In this document: positions 31,662-42,116 of the stretch, one piece after another
How positions within the stretch are numbered: position 1 is the stretch's first letter
Layout of the letters: the number at the start of each line of letters is the position of its first letter
Source of the DNA: a virus
Lineage: Duplodnaviria > Caudoviricetes
Strand: one strand, 5' to 3'
Virus record (IMG/VR): IMGVR_UViG_3300005259_000074
Span: 160,001 to 224,000 of that record
DNA: 64,000 bases
Translations under genes and position numbers: made by a program
Notes under the pieces: model-generated
What the model was told of the DNA's origin: nothing
Seen by the model: the letters and a program-made list of their open reading frames with translations, nothing else
The model's database searches: none

Positions 31662-32690
31662 TCACTTTGTCAATTTCATTTCCATCAGCGCCCTCGCCCC
31701 ATTGAACACTCTAGACTCGAGGAACTTTGAGTCACTAAAGAACAGATTGTCCTTTTGATTGATGACGTATTCGTTCACATCTTTCTCGACTATGCCTCTC
31801 GGCCAGATGAACACTTTCTGCTTGATGTGGTTCTTACATATCTTCTCGAGTTCTTCTCTAGCTGCGGAGTCGACCCAATTGTTGTCCAACATTATGACAG
31901 GGGTGCATAATTTCTTCGAGAGTAAGTCGACTTGCTTATCTGTTAGTGTCACTCCACCCACGGCGACTCCATTCTTCACCCATACTGCATCTAGAGCTCC
32001 CTCTAAACAGAACACGTATTGGAAGTCTTCGTCTATGTTGTCGTAGTTGAACACGTCTTTGTCTCTGTCGACAGCGCCTTTGTACTTGGGTTGCTGTCCA
32101 TCTCTGACAGCCCTTCCTTGCCAGAACACCAGCTCTCCGGCTCGTCTCCACGGAATCACGATCCTGTTGTCTTCGGTGTCAAAGAACAGTTCGAACCCAT
32201 TCTTCGGAAGGTTCGGCGCCGACATGATCTTTCGGTCTTTCACTATCTTAGCTATGTCCTCAGGTAGAGGAACCCAGCTGTCTTGTAGTTCAGCCGGGAT
32301 TTCTGACATCTCTTTCTTCCGTTTTGCTTCTTCTTCCATTTGGACGAACAACTTCTCTTGCGCTCTCTTGTACTGGTCGACAAGATGGGGATTCTTCCTC
32401 AGAGACTTAAAGAACTCACTCTTGACTGCAGCGGGAGTGCTAGATGTGATGAAAGCAACTAGTTCAACGCCAGACACGCTACCGTTAGCAGGACACCCGG
32501 CGTTAAAGCAGTGATAGCTGTCAGTGGCGATGTAGTACCAACCGCGTTTCATCCTACGATTTTTGTGGCTGTCCCCGCAGATGGGACACCTGAAGTTCCA
32601 CGAAGTCCTTCCCATCTTAATCTTAGTGATGTTCTCGCGTATCTTGTCTTGTATGAAGAACTTTATATCTTCGTTGACCTGGTTGAACAT
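31662..32690 (-). CDS. DNA primase (T4 gp61-like)
   Basis: CPICGDS...HCFNAGC zinc ribbon; TOPRIM EGALDA, LDN. Confidence 0.9.
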   Translation of the reverse strand: MFNQVNEDIKFFIQDKIRENITKIKMGRTSWNFRCPICGDSHKNRRMKRGWYYIATDSYHCFNAGCPANGSVSGVELVAFITSSTPAAVKSEFFKSLRKNPHLVDQYKRAQEKLFVQMEEEAKRKKEMSEIPAELQDSWVPLPEDIAKIVKDRKIMSAPNLPKNGFELFFDTEDNRIVIPWRRAGELVFWQGRAVRDGQQPKYKGAVDRDKDVFNYDNIDEDFQYVFCLEGALDAVWVKNGVAVGGVTLTDKQVDLLSKKLCTPVIMLDNNWVDSAAREELEKICKNHIKQKVFIWPRGIVEKDVNEYVINQKDNLFFSDSKFLESRVFNGARALMEMKLTK

Positions 32691-32693
32691 CTG

Positions 32694-32918
32694 TCAGTCC
32701 TCGTAGTAAAAGACTTCATCTGGATTGAGCGTAGGTATAGCTTGCTCTTGGTTGCACTTGGAGCACTTATACAATTCTTCTTCCGGGGTCACTATATCTA
32801 CAGTACCGCATTTACAACAGACGGCTTTCAGCTCTCCTAAGACGAGCATCTCGTACACGTCGTCATCATTAGTGCCTTTTGGAAAAGCACTGTAATGATC
32901 AAATTCATCTTCGTTCAT
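32694..32918 (-). CDS. Small Zn-ribbon protein
   Basis: CCKCG...CSKC. Confidence 0.6.
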   Translation of the reverse strand: MNEDEFDHYSAFPKGTNDDDVYEMLVLGELKAVCCKCGTVDIVTPEEELYKCSKCNQEQAIPTLNPDEVFYYED

Positions 32919-33196
32919 TCTTTCACCTCTTCAAAACAAGTGGGTAGTTCTTTCCAGTCCGCTGTGAATTTCTGCCCGTTGACCAGCGTGACTTCATATA
33001 ATGATATAGATTTGTGTTTGGAGATGTTCTCGTGCATTTTGACCGTATCAATCTTTCCAGTAGATGGTTCACTACTAGCAACAGCAATCATCGCTAGATC
33101 TTCATCTGAGATGTTTTGAGGAGTCTGTTTACACACTGACGCAATTGCTGTCATCGAGACTAATGTTGTTTCATCTATTCTAAGAAAATGCTTCAT
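32915..33196 (-). CDS. Hypothetical protein
   Basis: ORF in operon. Confidence 0.55.
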   Translation of the reverse strand: MKHFLRIDETTLVSMTAIASVCKQTPQNISDEDLAMIAVASSEPSTGKIDTVKMHENISKHKSISLYEVTLVNGQKFTADWKELPTCFEEVKE

Positions 33197-33447
33197 CTGC
33201 GTTTGGCCTCGAGTTTTTCTAGAGCTTCCCAGAGTTCTGATATTGGGATGTCTATGATGTACTCTTTTTTATGGTTCCCTTCGGCGACTGTCACAAGACA
33301 AGACTTCGTTTTGGTATAGTTGTTTTCAGATTCAACGGCGGAAATCACATAGTCGAAATTGAGTATCACACTTTCGTACCGAGGGTTCGTCCTTTGAAGC
33401 GAATCATTCCAGAAGTCTACTCTATTCTTCAGCAGCAATCTTGTCAT
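33193..33447 (-). CDS. Hypothetical protein
   Basis: ORF in operon. Confidence 0.55.
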   Translation of the reverse strand: MTRLLLKNRVDFWNDSLQRTNPRYESVILNFDYVISAVESENNYTKTKSCLVTVAEGNHKKEYIIDIPISELWEALEKLEAKRR

Positions 33448-33613
33448 CGGTGTTTTCCTTCTTATTGTCTAAGGATACACCTTTCAGATCTTTTTTCCGC
33501 TTCTTGGACTTTTTTCGAAAGATGTCTTCGTAGGACTGCCTGAAAGCGTTCCAGTCTCCTACTTTATCTCCCTCATGAGTCCCATCGTGAGTCATCTTCT
33601 TGATCGTTCCCAT
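33422..33613 (-). CDS. Small basic protein
   Basis: ORF in operon. Confidence 0.5.
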   Translation of the reverse strand: MGTIKKMTHDGTHEGDKVGDWNAFRQSYEDIFRKKSKKRKKDLKGVSLDNKKENTDDKIAAEE

Positions 33614-33625
33614 CTCAACCTCCTA

Positions 33626-36097
33626 TTACGAACACTTACTCCAACCACATGACGGACACATCACGCACCCGTCTTTGTATACTAACTGATCACCACACGT
33701 CTCGCACGCGCCACCAGCTTTTTCACCGTCTCTTATGTACTTCTTGATGATCCTAGCGATGCACCTCTCCAAAGAGAACATGTTGACTTCAGCGCCGTCT
33801 TTCATCAGCTGCTCGCAGATGTACTTGATGGGGACACCATGTCGCATCGCCATACTGATCAGCCTAGTGTAAGAACCAGCATCTGCGCTGAACGATGAAG
33901 CGATGTCTTTTATGATCATGCGCTCTTCCGTGTCTTCTAGAGTCCCGAGATAGAGATCGTAAGACCTCCTAGAGACGCCGTTCTTGTCTTTGATCCGGCC
34001 GTTCTTCTTGATCCAGCCTTTCTTGTACTTCTTCGGAATCTCTATGATAGTCTTTTTACCGCCGAACACGTCGTAAGGCATTCCGTCGAGGAGACCCACG
34101 AAGAACACCCACTGGTTGCCGTTGATGTTGGAGTAGTGTATGTCACACTCCAAGACTTCTGGTCGGTGAGGAGCTTGGTTCAGCTGGATATGGGCTTTCT
34201 TCTCGTCTTTGATGAGAATGCCATCTCTGCACCCATCTCTGTAGACGGTGATGCCTTTGCACCCAGACTTCCAAGCTTCTATGTAAGCTTCTTCAATCTC
34301 CTGGACAGTCGCGGTCGCAGGAAAGTTGATCGTCGAACTTATGCTATGCGTCGTATAACGCTGCATAATAGCTTGAAGGTGAATGCGCTGTTTGATATCT
34401 ATCTCGTTAGACTGAGAGCCCCAGTAAGGACTGTCTTTCTCTGTCTTTCCTGGGTTGTCTCTCAGCCAGTCGATCAACTTGGGATGTGTCACTTCAAAAG
34501 AAGTCCACTCAATTCCGTCACTGTCGACGCTGTTTGCTTTCACACCGCGATCTTTGTCTCCCTGAGTCATCTTCTTGCGGCGGACATACTTGCGCAGGAA
34601 GATTGGCTCTACTCCGCTAGAAGTCCTAGTGAGCATTGACACCGATCCAGCCGGTGAGCAAGTTGTCATACTGATGTTGCGACGGCCGTGCTTCTTTATG
34701 TCATCTTGGAGTGATTGCGGAAGTATCTTGATGTAAGATACGTCTTTCTCCTTGTCCCAGTTCCATATCGGAAATGTGCCTCTCTCTTTCGCGAGGGTCA
34801 CTTGTTCCATCATAACAGACTCATGAAATGCTCCGAATATCTTTTCAGCATTTTTGAGAGATTCTGCTGACCCGTACTTGATGTTCTGCGCGGCAAAACA
34901 GTCGGCGAGGGCTGTTATCCCAAGTCCGACTCGACGACCTTTTCTGTATGTCTCTTTAATTTTCTTCCAGAGATCGAGTTCTCTGCATTTGATATCCATG
35001 TCTTCATCATCAGCTTTGATCTTATCTATGATCTTATCTACTTTCTCAATTTCAAGATCTACCATATCGTCTATCAATCTTGTAGCTAGACGCACTTCTT
35101 CTTCGAACTTAGAGAAATTGAACTTTCCCTCTTTGACAAACGAGAAGAGGTTGACAAGCATCAGAATGCAACTGCCGTACTCAGACAGAGGGAGTTCAGC
35201 ACACGGGTTCGTGCTGACAGTCCTGAAACCGTCAGAAGCATAACCGTCGCTGAGAGAGTTTCCGAGGAACTTGTCCCAGAAGAGCAGCCCCGGCTCAGCG
35301 CCTTCCCAGTTAGCTTGGACTAGTCTTTTCCAGATATCTTTAGCTCTGACAGTGCGCTTGATCTTAGCGTCTTCGTGTGAAGCATTCACCGGCCAGCGAA
35401 GTTCAAATTCTTTGTCTTCAATGGCAGCTTTCATGAACTCGTCACTCACTTTGACAGATATGTTAGCTCCAGTGACCTTCTTTTTGTCTCGCTTGATATC
35501 TATGAACTTCTCGATGTCCGGGCTTCTAACATCTATGCTCATCATTAGGGCCCCGCGCCTGCCACCTTGCGCCACTTCTTTAGTCGTGTTGGAGAACCTC
35601 TCCATGAAACACGTGATACCATCAGATGTCCTAGCTGCGTTGTTCACACCCATGCCAGATGGACGGAGGTTAGATATGTCTATTCCCGCTCCTCCGCGGC
35701 GCTTCATTATCTGAGCTATCTCCTCGTCAGTCTTGAGAATTCCACCGTAGGAGTCCTTAGGTGATCCGACGACAAAGCAGTTGGCGATCGAACTGATCTG
35801 GTGATCATTCCCTATGCCAAACATAGCAGAGCCCTGGGGGACGATGTACTTAAAATTCTTCATCGACTCGAGGATCCGCTTCTTCGACACTGAGTTCTTG
35901 TACTTCGACTCGACCCTCGCGAATTCTGAAGCTATCCTATCGATCATCTGCTCTGGTGACTTCTCGAGGAAATTTCCTTGTTTGTCTCTGAGGAGATACT
36001 TATCTACAGCGACTTTAGCTGCTAGATCGTTACCATCGAAATACGCCAGAGATGCCTCTATCGCCTGAGCGCTAGTATAGACTTGCTTATCAACCAT
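33626..36097 (-). CDS. nrdJ: Class II (B12-dependent) ribonucleotide reductase
   Basis: SIANCF, RRGGGAG, RRGALM, TNPCAE, PAGS, SISSTIN; C-terminal CxxC...CxxC; no beta subunit nearby. Confidence 0.9.
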   Translation of the reverse strand: MVDKQVYTSAQAIEASLAYFDGNDLAAKVAVDKYLLRDKQGNFLEKSPEQMIDRIASEFARVESKYKNSVSKKRILESMKNFKYIVPQGSAMFGIGNDHQISSIANCFVVGSPKDSYGGILKTDEEIAQIMKRRGGAGIDISNLRPSGMGVNNAARTSDGITCFMERFSNTTKEVAQGGRRGALMMSIDVRSPDIEKFIDIKRDKKKVTGANISVKVSDEFMKAAIEDKEFELRWPVNASHEDAKIKRTVRAKDIWKRLVQANWEGAEPGLLFWDKFLGNSLSDGYASDGFRTVSTNPCAELPLSEYGSCILMLVNLFSFVKEGKFNFSKFEEEVRLATRLIDDMVDLEIEKVDKIIDKIKADDEDMDIKCRELDLWKKIKETYRKGRRVGLGITALADCFAAQNIKYGSAESLKNAEKIFGAFHESVMMEQVTLAKERGTFPIWNWDKEKDVSYIKILPQSLQDDIKKHGRRNISMTTCSPAGSVSMLTRTSSGVEPIFLRKYVRRKKMTQGDKDRGVKANSVDSDGIEWTSFEVTHPKLIDWLRDNPGKTEKDSPYWGSQSNEIDIKQRIHLQAIMQRYTTHSISSTINFPATATVQEIEEAYIEAWKSGCKGITVYRDGCRDGILIKDEKKAHIQLNQAPHRPEVLECDIHYSNINGNQWVFFVGLLDGMPYDVFGGKKTIIEIPKKYKKGWIKKNGRIKDKNGVSRRSYDLYLGTLEDTEERMIIKDIASSFSADAGSYTRLISMAMRHGVPIKYICEQLMKDGAEVNMFSLERCIARIIKKYIRDGEKAGGACETCGDQLVYKDGCVMCPSCGWSKCS

Positions 36098-36118
36098 TGT
36101 GTACTACTCTTTTCTTTG

Positions 36119-36589
36119 TTACTTGTCCGAGAAGTCCAGTTTCCTGTACTTCGGCATATAGTGCAAATTTCTTCTGTACCAAACTACAAATTCCTTACGC
36201 TGCATTAACTTAGCGACTGGAACAAAACCACAGATAACGTAAGCATCTAGTGAAATGCAGCGAAACTGATTCATCATGAGATCCCACACTATTAAGAGCT
36301 TACGTTGTCTGTACCAGTTGGGACCTCTCCGGTGTCTAGGTTTCTTCCATTTAAAGTACTTCCTGACGACTGGCGAGCTGATCATCCTCCAGTTGGCTGT
36401 CGCCAACATGTGACGATCAAACTTCATGTGGCCTCGCTCCCTGTTCTTGATGTACCACGGAGGTTTTATGCGGCGCTTGAACGTCAGCTCTACCACGTTC
36501 TCGTGGAAGATAGTCTCCAGCGTCCGGCGAGGTATGCCAGTCTTCTTTGGGACTTTGTTGTCTTTGAGCAGCAGAGGACTTCTTCTCAT
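36119..36589 (-). CDS. SH3/WYL_2-like protein
   Basis: VVELTFKRR...RHMLAT.N...LIVWDL...FRCISLD. Confidence 0.55.
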   Translation of the reverse strand: MRRSPLLLKDNKVPKKTGIPRRTLETIFHENVVELTFKRRIKPPWYIKNRERGHMKFDRHMLATANWRMISSPVVRKYFKWKKPRHRRGPNWYRQRKLLIVWDLMMNQFRCISLDAYVICGFVPVAKLMQRKEFVVWYRRNLHYMPKYRKLDFSDK

Positions 36590-37164
36590 CTGTCGAACAT
36601 CCTGAGCAACTGCTCGTGAGTCTTCTTTTTCTGAAGATCTCTAAAGAACTTAGCGAACTGCTTCTTCTGAGATATAGTAATCAGAGGATGATACGCTACG
36701 ACTCTGAAGTTGTCTAGAGATATGTGTCGCCAGTCTTTTCTTATGAGATCGTACGTTATGATGAGATCGTGCTGGTTGTACCACTTCGTAGTGCGCGGAG
36801 CTATGCCCATAGGCGGTTGATAACCTGTCATATCAGCGTACTCTTCCAAGAAGTTCCACTGGGAAGAGCAGAGCATGCGCCTGACCTGGCTCTTATGACC
36901 TGAAACCGTGTTGGAGAACGGCCAGATGCGCCTGACGAACACCACCTCTATAGCGCCCTGCACTATCATCTTACGAGGAAATGTGTTCGGAATGACGATT
37001 GGACGATCGTTGCGGATGAACAGAGGATTCTCCGGCAGTTCTATCTCAGAGGGGTCTTTCTTTTCAGACTTATCCAGGAGTCTCTTCTTGACACTCTCGA
37101 ACATCGGAGAGAACTCTATGGGAAATTGAAGATCGTCGAACTGCACTGTGTTACCTCTTATCAC
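36586..37164 (-). CDS. SH3/WYL_2-like protein, paralog
   Basis: IEVVFVRR...RRMLCS...IITYDL...WRHISLD. Confidence 0.55.
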   Translation of the reverse strand: MIRGNTVQFDDLQFPIEFSPMFESVKKRLLDKSEKKDPSEIELPENPLFIRNDRPIVIPNTFPRKMIVQGAIEVVFVRRIWPFSNTVSGHKSQVRRMLCSSQWNFLEEYADMTGYQPPMGIAPRTTKWYNQHDLIITYDLIRKDWRHISLDNFRVVAYHPLITISQKKQFAKFFRDLQKKKTHEQLLRMFDR

Positions 37165-37175
37165 TGATTGGCGGA

Positions 37176-37499
37176 TTATTTATCCGTTGTCAGTGAGGAG
37201 GTTGGAAGAAATTGATTTTCTTTCAACATTCCAGTCAACAGAGAAATGACGCACTCCATAGATTCTGTCTTTATGCGCGTCTCAGCGCGAGAAGTAGACA
37301 CCTTGAAGTGAAAATCAGCCGGAGATTTCTTAAAGCACGTGATGACTAACGTCGTCTTCTCTGGATCTACTACGACTACCCATTTTCTCTCATCATCACA
37401 CGCGAACCTGATGTCTACAGATCTGCATACAATGCCTTCGTCACGGAGTCTCTTCAGAAAGTAAGATTTAGTGTAGAGTCTGTTCTTAGGATTCATCAT
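37176..37499 (-). CDS. Hypothetical protein
   Basis: 107 aa ORF. Confidence 0.6.
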   Translation of the reverse strand: MMNPKNRLYTKSYFLKRLRDEGIVCRSVDIRFACDDERKWVVVVDPEKTTLVITCFKKSPADFHFKVSTSRAETRIKTESMECVISLLTGMLKENQFLPTSSLTTDK

Positions 37500-37551
37500 T
37501 CTTCCTGTAGTAAAATGTTCACAATATGTGGGTTCCCAAAGGAACCCTAAA

Positions 37552-38295
37552 TCAACCCTTGATCGTAGTGCTGATGAGATACAGCTGTATCTTGCAGCTC
37601 TCGACTTCCTGCTCAGACTTGATCACGAACACCTTCTTGTCGGTGTATGAGACGTTGATCTTATCCGCAGGAATGAGGTTGAACGACTTGAAGTTGTCGA
37701 GTGTGATCGCGACGACTTCCGTCAGATTGCCCTCCATGTCGTGAGCTATCGGGACTGCGATGTTGTTCGCCAGTTTGTTCTTCTTGTCGTCTATCTCGGC
37801 TACGACTTTCTTCCCTGACCTAGAGAAGTACACCTTGCTGTCTGCGTCGTTGACTATGGCGGTGCACTGGAGTGCCCTCTTTATGAGGTCGCTCGACGTA
37901 GTGAAAGAATACACCTCTTCGAGCTTAGCCGTTATGTCATTTGTGACGTACCGTTCGATGATCTCGGGTTTCACCGTCCTGAGTTTGAAGTTGACGTCAG
38001 CTTTGTACTTGACAAAAGCTCCGTCGAACTCTATGTCGGTCGAAGTCTTGTCTTCCACGGCCGCGATGAGTCCTATCGACTTGTGAAGCTTTGATATGTC
38101 CTGAAAGGAGAACTCCCCATCTTCATCAGCCGACAGCGCGTCAGTCGTCAAGAACGCTCTGATCGTCTGCGACTCGTTGATCATCTTCAGATTGCAATTG
38201 CCCTTCGAGAAGATGAACTTCCCATCTGGCACTATCCTCATCGCCGCGGCCATGAATGAGTTGGCCGCGGCGATGTTCTTAATTGTGATCTTCAT
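37552..38295 (-). CDS. Sliding clamp (T4 gp45-like)
   Basis: 247 aa clamp-like pattern, next to the SSB. Confidence 0.7.
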   Translation of the reverse strand: MKITIKNIAAANSFMAAAMRIVPDGKFIFSKGNCNLKMINESQTIRAFLTTDALSADEDGEFSFQDISKLHKSIGLIAAVEDKTSTDIEFDGAFVKYKADVNFKLRTVKPEIIERYVTNDITAKLEEVYSFTTSSDLIKRALQCTAIVNDADSKVYFSRSGKKVVAEIDDKKNKLANNIAVPIAHDMEGNLTEVVAITLDNFKSFNLIPADKINVSYTDKKVFVIKSEQEVESCKIQLYLISTTIKG

Positions 38296-38313
38296 CTACT
38301 ATAGTCTCCTGAC

Positions 38314-39309
38314 TCAGAATTTACCGTTTTTGACGTCGTTGAGAATCTTCTCGATGTCGACATCGTCGCCTTTAGAAGTCTCTGCGGGAGCAGTAGCGGC
38401 CTCTTTCTGCTCTTCAGCTACTGAGACTGATGGAGCAGTGGGAGCTCCACCCATCGGTATCTCGTCGTGATCTTCGACCACATGCTGGACCGGCTCCGGC
38501 TTGTCTTCATCAGCCCCGAGGATGTACTTCTTCTTGAACTCGAAGATCTCCTCTTTAGTGGAATGGGTGAAGAACCTATCATCGAACTTAAGAGCCTTCA
38601 CCTGCTCGGCGATCTCGGCTTCAGTGATGTTCACTTTCGTCGCTTTGCGGGCGAACGAGCACGCGTAGTCGTTGTACTCCCTGTTATCGGCTTTCTTAGA
38701 ACCGACCGTGATCACCAAGTCGTAGCCGTCTTCGAGCTTGAACGCGTTGATGCCTATCGTGTCTTCGATGACCATCTGGTTGTTAGTCAGGTCCACGCCG
38801 AAGACTTCCTTCTTGAGGAAGCGGTTGATAGTCACCCCGTACCTCATGATCTTGACTTTGCCCTCGAACTCCTTGTTAGATGGGCAACTGACGACGTATG
38901 CCAATGCGAAACCGTTGAACTTGCGCCTGAACGTCTCGTAGAGAGCTTTGGCCGAAGTGGAACCGGCTTCTTTCTCCTTGTAGAACTTAGAAGTGTCACC
39001 GCACACCTCGCACTCTTTGAACCCGGCGTTGTCGGAGATGTACTCTGAAGTCGGGCACACTATCTCCTGCAGCTTGTTGCTGGGCCTGGTGTCGTCCCAG
39101 AAGGTGTGAGTGTAGCGGTTGATGAACGGCATCTTCCTCTTAGAGCCCTCTGGAATGTGGAAGACGAGGCGCAGCTTGTATGTGTTTCCCGATTTGAACT
39201 CGATGAACGAGTCGTCGGTGTTGAACTTCTTGTTGGCCTTGTCGTTGAGTTTCTTGGCCTCTTTCTTCTTGAGGTCGTCGAACATGTTCTGTAGATCGAA
39301 TGCACCCAT
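38314..39309 (-). CDS. Single-stranded DNA-binding protein (T4 gp32-like)
   Basis: CPT...CEVC, EGKVKI.RYG, GYDL, acidic tail DDVDIEKIL. Confidence 0.85.
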   Translation of the reverse strand: MGAFDLQNMFDDLKKKEAKKLNDKANKKFNTDDSFIEFKSGNTYKLRLVFHIPEGSKRKMPFINRYTHTFWDDTRPSNKLQEIVCPTSEYISDNAGFKECEVCGDTSKFYKEKEAGSTSAKALYETFRRKFNGFALAYVVSCPSNKEFEGKVKIMRYGVTINRFLKKEVFGVDLTNNQMVIEDTIGINAFKLEDGYDLVITVGSKKADNREYNDYACSFARKATKVNITEAEIAEQVKALKFDDRFFTHSTKEEIFEFKKKYILGADEDKPEPVQHVVEDHDEIPMGGAPTAPSVSVAEEQKEAATAPAETSKGDDVDIEKILNDVKNGKF

Positions 39310-39349
39310 TGTAGTCCTTGTACCTTTCTTAGTTTCTTCTAGTGTTAGA

Positions 39350-39727
39350 TTACCCTCTGCGGCGCTTCTGCCCGCCGGGTTGTCTCGCTTGATTTGACTT
39401 CTTCATCTGGTTAGTCTTTCTCGCGAGTTCATCGTTCTTCGGTGTCTCCACTTGCTTCTCGTTCTTAGTCTCCGGTGCGTTCTCCTCGTTCTTACTGTCT
39501 CCTGTCCCCGTCATCTTCTCGACTGCGGAGATTATGATGTCTACTGCACTGTTGAAATTCAACTTCAACTTACCCTTCGGCGCCAACACGATAGTCGCGA
39601 TCTCCTCTTCTTTGGACTTGACCGTCGCCGTCATCTTGTTCATCTGAGAGTAGAATTCTATCTTGACGTCTCCAGCTTCCGCGGAGCCGATGTCTAGAAA
39701 AGGCTGTAAGTTCTTCTTGAATGCCAT
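39350..39727 (-). CDS. Hypothetical protein
   Basis: 125 aa ORF. Confidence 0.55.
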   Translation of the reverse strand: MAFKKNLQPFLDIGSAEAGDVKIEFYSQMNKMTATVKSKEEEIATIVLAPKGKLKLNFNSAVDIIISAVEKMTGTGDSKNEENAPETKNEKQVETPKNDELARKTNQMKKSNQARQPGGQKRRRG

Positions 39728-41028
39728 CAGATGTTCCTCTTTTCAGTGTATAAGTGCTTCATTATCGGGAATCTCAGAGACAATTTTCCGTCTCTGTCCT
39801 TAGACTCGGCGAAATACTTGACAGTGATCGTCTTCCCTATCAGCTCTTCTGGATGACTGAAGTACTTCAGTCGCTGTTCATCAGACCACCCAGAGCCGAC
39901 AGACACCTCGTTTCCCTTGTGAGATATCTTGACTGCCGCGAGACACATGGTGTCCTGCATCTTCCCAGCGACCAGCATCGGTTTGATGCCCATCTCGACG
40001 TCTTCGATCACGTATTCATCGTCGTGGAACTCTTTCACCTTCAGCATGTCTTTGCTGCGTTTTCCCACGTAGCCCACGTCAGCCCTGCGCAAGATCAGTC
40101 CCTCCCACCCGTTGGATTTCGCCTCTTCGAGCATCTTCTGCATCGACTCCTCAGTCAAGAGGGTCTGCTCTAGGACGTTAAGTTGGGAAATCCCTTTGGG
40201 GATGATAGAATTGAGCTCGGCATGCCGTTCGAAGAGGGTCCTCGTAGACTTTTTGGAGAAGAACTCCTCGTTAGTCAGACAGTCGAACAGCTTGTAGACT
40301 GGACGTTCGATAGTCGAGTTCTTGCGTTTGATCTCACCGACGACTGCGGTGAAGTCTTCTAAACCATTCTCGTCTACGATGCACATCTCTCCATCGAACA
40401 CTTTTCCTACGATCGATTCTCCCAATTTTTCAAAAGCTTCTCTAACTCTCTGGAGAGTCATGAACTCGTGTCCAGCTCGCGAGTAGAATCTTATGTCTTT
40501 GAGTGAATTCACGACTGTTATACAGCGGACGCCATCAAGCTTCCGACTAACGACGAATGACCCATCAAATGCGACTTTAGATTTCTCGGGATCATACTTA
40601 TCAGCCAGGGCGACATCGAACGTGGGAATGAGGTTGGGAAACACTTTGTTGATAGCTTTAGCGTCGATGCGGCACTTTATATCGCGGTCCAACACTCGCC
40701 AGAACATTTCGGCGGTGTCTGGAAAGTTGTCGGCGAACGAATTGCACGCGCGGAGTGCGTAATGTCCAGTCGCCTTCCTAGTCCGCAGAGCGTCTAACAG
40801 CTCGTACACGTCGCTGCACATGTCAGTCTCGACGATGTCACAAGTGGTGATGTAAGTGCGCTTCTTGCAGTTCTCTGGAGACACTCCGTACTGGTAGAAG
40901 CTGTTGTAGACGTAGAAGAGGATCTTCTTGCACTCTGGATGCTTTGCGAGGATCTCCAATTTGAGCTTCGACGAGTTAGTCGAATTGAGCTCGGTGGCGA
41001 GGATAGATAAGGCTTCTAGATCGTTCAT
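39727..41028 (-). CDS. ATP-dependent DNA ligase
   Basis: RKLDGVR, FDGE, EGLILR, KRSKDMLKVK, VGSG, LRFP. Confidence 0.95.
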   Translation of the reverse strand: MNDLEALSILATELNSTNSSKLKLEILAKHPECKKILFYVYNSFYQYGVSPENCKKRTYITTCDIVETDMCSDVYELLDALRTRKATGHYALRACNSFADNFPDTAEMFWRVLDRDIKCRIDAKAINKVFPNLIPTFDVALADKYDPEKSKVAFDGSFVVSRKLDGVRCITVVNSLKDIRFYSRAGHEFMTLQRVREAFEKLGESIVGKVFDGEMCIVDENGLEDFTAVVGEIKRKNSTIERPVYKLFDCLTNEEFFSKKSTRTLFERHAELNSIIPKGISQLNVLEQTLLTEESMQKMLEEAKSNGWEGLILRRADVGYVGKRSKDMLKVKEFHDDEYVIEDVEMGIKPMLVAGKMQDTMCLAAVKISHKGNEVSVGSGWSDEQRLKYFSHPEELIGKTITVKYFAESKDRDGKLSLRFPIMKHLYTEKRNI

Positions 41029-41085
41029 CGTGTTCTCCGTTCTGTGGATTTTTTCATGAATTCTTCGTCTGTTTATATTTACACT

Positions 41086-41751
41086 TTAATGTGAATTTTC
41101 TGGAGGTGTCATAGCTATCTTCTCGACTACTTGTGGAAGTACGTCGAACAGCTGTCTGACCTTAGGACTAGTCAGCGACTTAGCGCGCAGCATGTCGACC
41201 TCCTCCAAGAAAGAATGAAAGTAAGTGGCTGTTACGTCGGGGGGATAAGATTTGATGATGTCTACGACGTTTGGAACTATGGAAACGAAGAATTTGGTGA
41301 CAGTTCCAGCCTTGAGCTGCTTCGCCATCGTCGGGATTATGGCCTTCCCTTCGAACAAGTACTCGTCGAAAGTCTTAATGTCTCTGTCTCTCATGTACAC
41401 ACCGACTGTCTTGACGGAAGCGACGATGCCTTTCTCGATGGCGACGACCGTGTCAGTAGCGTTGAGGATAGACACGTAGTTGTTATAGAGTTTGATGCTC
41501 TTGAGAGACCCCAAGTTGACCGGATTGAACCACCCACCGTAGAAGTCGACTTGGGCAGCGATGAACACCTTGTAGTCGATGTTCCCTGCGTTGTTGTTGA
41601 CCATCTTCGCGAAGCGCTCGAAATAAGCCCATTCAGGCTTTTCTTTCTGCTTCGCGAAGTCTCTGACAGCCTTAGGGCAGAAATTCTTCTCTTTCAAGAA
41701 GGTCTGCCTCCTCCACTCGGAGAACACCATCTCTGGAGTCACCTCTTGCAC
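41086..41751 (-). CDS. Hypothetical protein (helicase-loader gp59-like by position only)
   Basis: 221 aa, downstream of the helicase. Confidence 0.5.
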   Translation of the reverse strand: MQEVTPEMVFSEWRRQTFLKEKNFCPKAVRDFAKQKEKPEWAYFERFAKMVNNNAGNIDYKVFIAAQVDFYGGWFNPVNLGSLKSIKLYNNYVSILNATDTVVAIEKGIVASVKTVGVYMRDRDIKTFDEYLFEGKAIIPTMAKQLKAGTVTKFFVSIVPNVVDIIKSYPPDVTATYFHSFLEEVDMLRAKSLTSPKVRQLFDVLPQVVEKIAMTPPENSH

Positions 41752-42116
41752 TTCTTACTCCCAATCTTCATGTGTTCTTGGATGGACTTGACTAGCTGTG
41801 AGTTGAACATCTTAGGATACACGTGGATCAGTATCTCCAAGTAGTCTTTTGCGTCGAGAGCGTAGCGCCTGAGCTGAGCCTTGAAAAAGTCTTTGTCTTT
41901 CAGCGCGCGGCGGAGCTTCGGTTCTACTTCCTCCGGAGTCGCGACTTCGAACTCTCTGACATAGTCGTTGACTATCGATTCGGAGTCTATGTTGACCATC
42001 ATCTCCCGGTCGACGTTGTCTCCTATCGAAAAAGGGTGGTTGTCTGCGTGGATATCGTTCATTAGATGTGTCTTTTCATATAGATCCCAGTCCATCGAAG
42101 ACTGAGTCGACTGCAC
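41739..42116 (-). CDS. Hypothetical protein
   Basis: 125 aa ORF. Confidence 0.55.
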   Translation of the reverse strand: MQSTQSSMDWDLYEKTHLMNDIHADNHPFSIGDNVDREMMVNIDSESIVNDYVREFEVATPEEVEPKLRRALKDKDFFKAQLRRYALDAKDYLEILIHVYPKMFNSQLVKSIQEHMKIGSKKCKR

